Source: Felis catus
Taxonomy: Eukaryota
Assembly (NCBI RefSeq): GCF_018350175.1
Contig: NC_058368.1
Location: 206,462,001 to 206,526,000 of the forward strand
DNA length: 64,000 nt
Reading direction: 5' to 3'
Shown: positions 59,236 through 64,000 of the stretch, piece by piece
Position numbering within the stretch: the stretch's first letter is position 1
How the letters are laid out: each line of letters begins with the position of its first letter
Notes under the pieces: model-generated
Database searches by the model: none
Told to the model about the DNA's origin: nothing
Seen by the model: only the letters and a program-made list of their open reading frames with translations
Program-made: the position numbers and the translations under genes

Positions 59236-62200
59236 TTAAAATGAGAAGCTTTTTAAAAGTATTCATGTATGGCTCCCTTTAAAAAGTACTTTTTAAAAGT
59301 ACTCATGTAACAGATGTTCACCTGACCTTGCATGGTGCCCAAGCAAAGACCCTTTGGTGATAGCAGCATGAGGCTAAGTCTGAGAACCACTGACATCTGT
59401 ACGGGAACGAACAATTGTTGCCTCAGTTGAATGTGGCATTCATTTCTGCCTCATAGGTCTCACCTGAGTGGGCATATTGCTTTCGTGTTCAGAGCCCAAT
59501 TCCTCCTCTGTAACGTAGGGGAAATCATGTCAACACCACAAAAGCTTGTTCTGAAGAGTATAATTTAACCTGACGTGTCTAGCACTTTAAAGGATCTAAT
59601 AGGGTTTTAAATCCATGTCTTATTTTTCTTCCCTGGTGACATTTTCTTTTAAAAAACCAATAGTGACATTTTCTTTTGTCCTCTTAAAATGTAGATCTAT
59701 CTCCATAATAGCACTTTATATCCTGTTCTTGATGATAATAGCCTGGAAAAGGCAGCAGATCAAAAGTCAAAAAATGGGATCTTGGATCAGCTCTGCTCTT
59801 CTCACTTCGTTCTCAGTATCTCAGTATCAATTTATCAAAAAAATTGTGAAAAATCAATAGCTCTCAGTATTACCACGACAGTGCTGGTGGTGATGATATG
59901 ATGAGGATGGTAACTGATATTGTTTCCAGGACACTTAACTACCATTACAGTATGAAAAGGAATTTGTTGTAGTTTAAGTGGGAGGACATGAGTTCAAAAA
60001 GCACTTTTCTTTACTGGCTGCAAGAAATTTTATGGATGTTTCCTCTTTTCGGTTGAATCAAGAACTAATGCTTAGAGCCAGGCTGAAATCCTTTTCTCAG
60101 CTATTTGCCACAGCTCATGAAATAGATACTTTTCCAATGAGATTGTTCTGAGTTCATGAAAATGTCCATGACAGGCTATTGACACCAAATTATTTTGAAA
60201 ATGCCACATTAGCTTTCGTTTTCAGACCAGTTTTACCTGAAACAAAGAATACTTTTTATGTTTAAATTTTAATTGGCAACATTTCTAGGCTGTCATCAGT
60301 GTGGATATAATGCCATCTCACTACGTAAAAACTGAAATACTAGATGTCAAGTTCAAATTAATGGGGAGAAGAAAGATATAGTCAATATTTTACTCATATA
60401 CTGGTGATTTATTTTGTTGTTATAGATAATGTACTGTTGAGAAGTATTTTAATCCATAAAGGGCCATCTTGAATCCATTTGTAAGGTGTTCAATTCAAAA
60501 GGACGTAGTAATTCAACAGTAATATATGCCCCCAAATCAAACATCATTAGAGAAAAATCAATAGCTCATCTTCCGCATAGAGAATGCAGCACCCTGCACT
60601 TTACTCAGCAAAACAGGATTCTTTTCTGAGAAAAGCTGCAGATTAAACACTTCAGTGACTGGTAGACTTTGAAACAACTAAATAATACCAGGGAAATGAA
60701 GGGAAAAGTGTTTCTTTAAAAAGACAGCCAAAGACCCAAAGATGGCCTCATTGACTGTTTTCCTGTTGTGATTTAGAAATGAGTAATGAGAAAATAGTGT
60801 GGGCATCCATATTAACACCAGGTTTCGTTTTGCAGGGAATTAAAAAGAGAAGTAGGTAAGGAGATCTTGGAGCAGATCGCCAAATTCCATGATATCCATA
60901 AAATCAGGATGGCTGTACACGATGTACCTGATAGTATCCCGGGCAAGATAAGCAGGCCTTGCTCAACTGGGGAGGCATTTATTACTTGAAGGAAGGATGC
61001 AGACAAATTGGGGAGACACCAACAAATTCATTCTGAACATAAAGGAAACATATGAACATATGAATATATAAATAATGCCAAAGTCTTATTTAGGACAAAG
61101 TTTCAACCTCCTTTTCCTATCAGTATTATTCCAGAGATTTTGGGGGAAACAAAAATGGTTTGCATTTTAGGGTATTTGGATAAGCTAAGTCAGTCTTGGC
61201 AATGAAACAATTTAAGACAGGTAGTTAGAAGGAAGCTGATAAAGTAAGAAGGGGCGATCATGTATGTGTATACTTTCTGATGACTCCATAAAAGCTTGAT
61301 GTCAGAAAATTTGTTCACACCAGTGGGTCTCTATGAGAGCCAGGCTTACTTGGGAACCACTCCTCTAAATCTTCTTGTATAAAGTTCTGAATTGTTGAGT
61401 CCATTCAGAGAGAGTTATTTCCTCTGAATTTATTTGTAAACCTTTTTTTCTGCTTTGTATTAAAAATATAACTCACTTTGAGCAAGGTCAATATAATAAA
61501 ATATGGATTTATACAAAAGCTTAATAATTTGGGGATGTCCTGTCTGGATTCTGAGAGGAGGATGAGAATGGTCAGGTGAAGTTCAGGATTGTAAGTCCAG
61601 GCAAACTGACATGAAATGAGTCTGAAGGAAGGTTCAGAACTGGATGCCAGGCCAACAGGGAGGAAGGACAGATCGCGTACATCTACCTTTGGTCCAAGTC
61701 AAGCACAAAATCTGGAGCAGGTGACTCATAGAGATTCAGAGGTCGGGCAGTTAACCCAGGTACAGTTGGAAGGCAGCCAGCAGGGAGCAGAGACCTAGCC
61801 TCCAAAAGATGAGGGTAAACGGAGGAATACCTGGACTTTGGAGGAACTAGAATATCAAGCAGAGACATGAAAAAGAAGTCAGTAACTAATACCAGGGACA
61901 TGGAAAACTATAACCCAGTAGGTTGGGATCTGTGGTGCCGTGGACCATCAGTGAGAAGTGTACCACACTGACTCAGAGGGCGGTGGGTAACCAGGACACC
62001 TTAGAGTACTAGGCCTCAGGCCAGGACGATGCTTGCGTCAGAGCAGTTTAATCACTCGGCAACAGGTGTTTGAATGTCACACGGGTAGGGAGTCAGACAT
62101 ACGATTGCAGGGGTGATCTGTCTACCCTAACAAAGAAACTTAAATAATGTGGGATTTGGTTTTGTCAAAAGCAGTTCTGTTTAAATTTCTAGATTTGTTA

Positions 62201-62239
62201 GAGTTAAGTGTCATGTATTCTTTTCTCCTTTAATTTACT

Positions 62240-62900
62240 TTCTCAAAAAATTTATTCACTGTAGGTTATGACACATGTAACAAGCCATGCACCGGGGATA
62301 TATGGATGCCTATGACATGATACTTGCCATCAGAAGCGAACGGATGGTGACTTGATACTTAAAATTTCCAGTAGTTAGTGCAGGGGAGATGCGCACAGGG
62401 TACTGTGGGGTCCAATTTGGGAAGAGGAAGCTATGTGAGGCTTCTTGCAGTTGGACACCTACAGTCTGAAGTGTAACGGGAGAGTAAAACTTATTCAGGT
62501 AGATAGGCAGGGGTGCAGGGTAGTGGAAAATGGGGAAAAGAGGTCATTCCAGCCGGGAGGTCTGTAAAGCCAGTGTAGGAGGGGGAAAGATAGTAAATAG
62601 TGAGGCCAGAACTGCCAAGGAGTGGCAGAAAATGAGGTTAGAAAGGTCAGCAGAGGTTGGATCCCAGAAAGCCTTGTGAAAGAGGGTAAGAAACGTGAGG
62701 GTCATCTTTTAGGTAATGAAGAGCCACTGAAGAATTTTAAGCAGGAGACAAGGTCAGATTTGCCATTGAGATAGCTTACTCTGGTGGCAGTGAGAGACTG
62801 ACATAAGGAAGTTAGCACTGGAGGAAGCCTGTTGAAGTGAGAGATACTGAAGGCCTGAGCTAGAGCAGTGGTATTCATTTATAGAAAGAAGAGAATAGAT
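62240..62900 (-). mobile_element. L2 fragment
   Basis: gaaaatgaggttagaaagg..gccttgtgaa..gagccactgaagaattttaagcagg..ggcctgagctagagcagtgg. Confidence 0.7.
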
Positions 62901-63084
62901 CCACATGTAATGAAGCACCTGTTGGAGACAGGAGTTTGAATTTGAGAGAATTTCTCTTTAAAGTTTGCTGACAAGAAGGATATAAAGACATAAAATTGCC
63001 GGAAGCCTGGTTTTTAGCAAGGGAGAGGCTAACTACGTTTTGGAGCAAATTTAGTTTTTTCCAGCAAACTATTAGTACAGGACC

Positions 63085-63420
63085 TCTCCTACTTAGATTT
63101 CTCCAGAAAGCGGAGTCTGAGTACTTCTGGGCAGTACTTTACTGGGGAGTGTTGTTGCAGGGTATAGGAGTGAGGGAAAGGACAAGTGGAGCAAAGAAGG
63201 AAGGAGAGCCCAAACTAGGAAGTGTTAACCAAGTTGGAAACATGGAGAAACGGGTTGTTCAATCCCAAGGAAGCTTATGAGGAACAGCATGAAATGCACT
63301 TTAGGGGAAATGTTTTTCCATTAGCTCCCATCCCTATTGGCCAGAGGTTTGCCCCACAAGGAATAACTCTCCGGCACTTCTGAGTTAGGTTCCCGTAGCG
63401 TCTCTCGCTTTGTCATCAAA
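63085..63420 (-). mobile_element. ERVL-class LTR fragment (LTR16/LTR33-like)
   Basis: ctccagaaagcggagtctgag..tttactggggagtg..ctcccatccctattggccagagg..gcccc; adjacent to ERV-L pol in the same orientation. Confidence 0.6.
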
Positions 63421-63434
63421 AGAGAAGTCCCAGT

Positions 63435-63925
63435 GTGAGAGGCAAGAGGCACAAATTCCACAAATGGAACCCTGGGGCTGATTGTGAGAAGAGCCAATCT
63501 CATTTCAACTCCTTGGTCCTGAGACTGATACATTGCAGCTGTTGAGGAGATAGCATCATTTTTTCAGCTGTTAGCTCAGTACATACATCACATCATGGAG
63601 GTCAGTATCTCAATCCTGCACAGTGTTTGCCTCAAGTTGGTGCCTTAGCAGAGTCTCTGACAAGCCCCCCACTCTTATTGGGTCTGCTATTTCTAGTTCA
63701 GTGTGTGGTAAGGGCCAAGGGATTCTGTGGTCTTGTGCCCACTGTCACACGTACTTTGCAATAAAACAGGCCCCTTGACCTAAGGCAGGGTTGTATGTGA
63801 TACCAGGTGATAGATCAGGCATTCTGTCACTCTCAGATGGTACTGTTGCAAGAGGCACTTAGGACAGGAAAGACAAACTCTTCTGAAAGTAGATGTAAAT
63901 TCTGGAAAGGACAAAATTCTGCTAC
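63435..63925 (-). mobile_element. ERV-L pol (integrase) fossil
   Basis: Minus-strand translation with stops/frameshifts: QNFVLSRIYIY..FVFPVLSASCNSTI..TECLIY.PGITYNPALGQGACFIAKYV*QWAQDHRIPW..RHQLEANTVQD..QDQGVEMRLALLTISP; parallels HERV-L integrase (FVLTGIDTYS..TECLIHRHGIPHSIASDQGTHFTAKEVWQWAHAHGIHW..NQGVEMEVAPLTITP). Confidence 0.85.
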
Positions 63926-64000
63926 TTCTCATCACATCAGTACTGGCTTGGACTGGCCTATCAGTACTGGCCTATCACATCAGTGCTGGCTTGACCGAGG

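Overview
Felid (cat-family) genomic DNA, judged from about 40 tRNA-derived Can-SINEs (SINEC_Fc type) and a young felid L1. The window looks intronic or intergenic, and I recognise no intact protein-coding exon. Almost all ORF-track entries are SINE, L1, L2, LTR or microsatellite artefacts. The main gene-like feature is a near full-length processed pseudogene of THAP12 (PRKRIR/P52rIPK) at about 35226-38687 (+), with 5'UTR, disabled CDS, 3'UTR, AATAAA, A-tail and target-site duplication (TSD). It carries an unexplained 95-nt insert right after codon 70, which looks like a frameshifting (poison) cassette exon captured from a parental splice isoform, plus several fold-back or templated-insertion scars. 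Other structure includes a 5'-inverted (twin-primed) L1, an MLT1A>MER21>MER44 three-level nest, an ERV-L integrase fossil at the right edge, a SINE with a ~36-bp TSD and a SINE with a probable 3' transduction. Repeat family names and the THAP12 comparison come from recalled consensus sequences, not from a search. I do not see convincing evidence of a wholly new biological system; the fossilised THAP12 isoform is the best lead.
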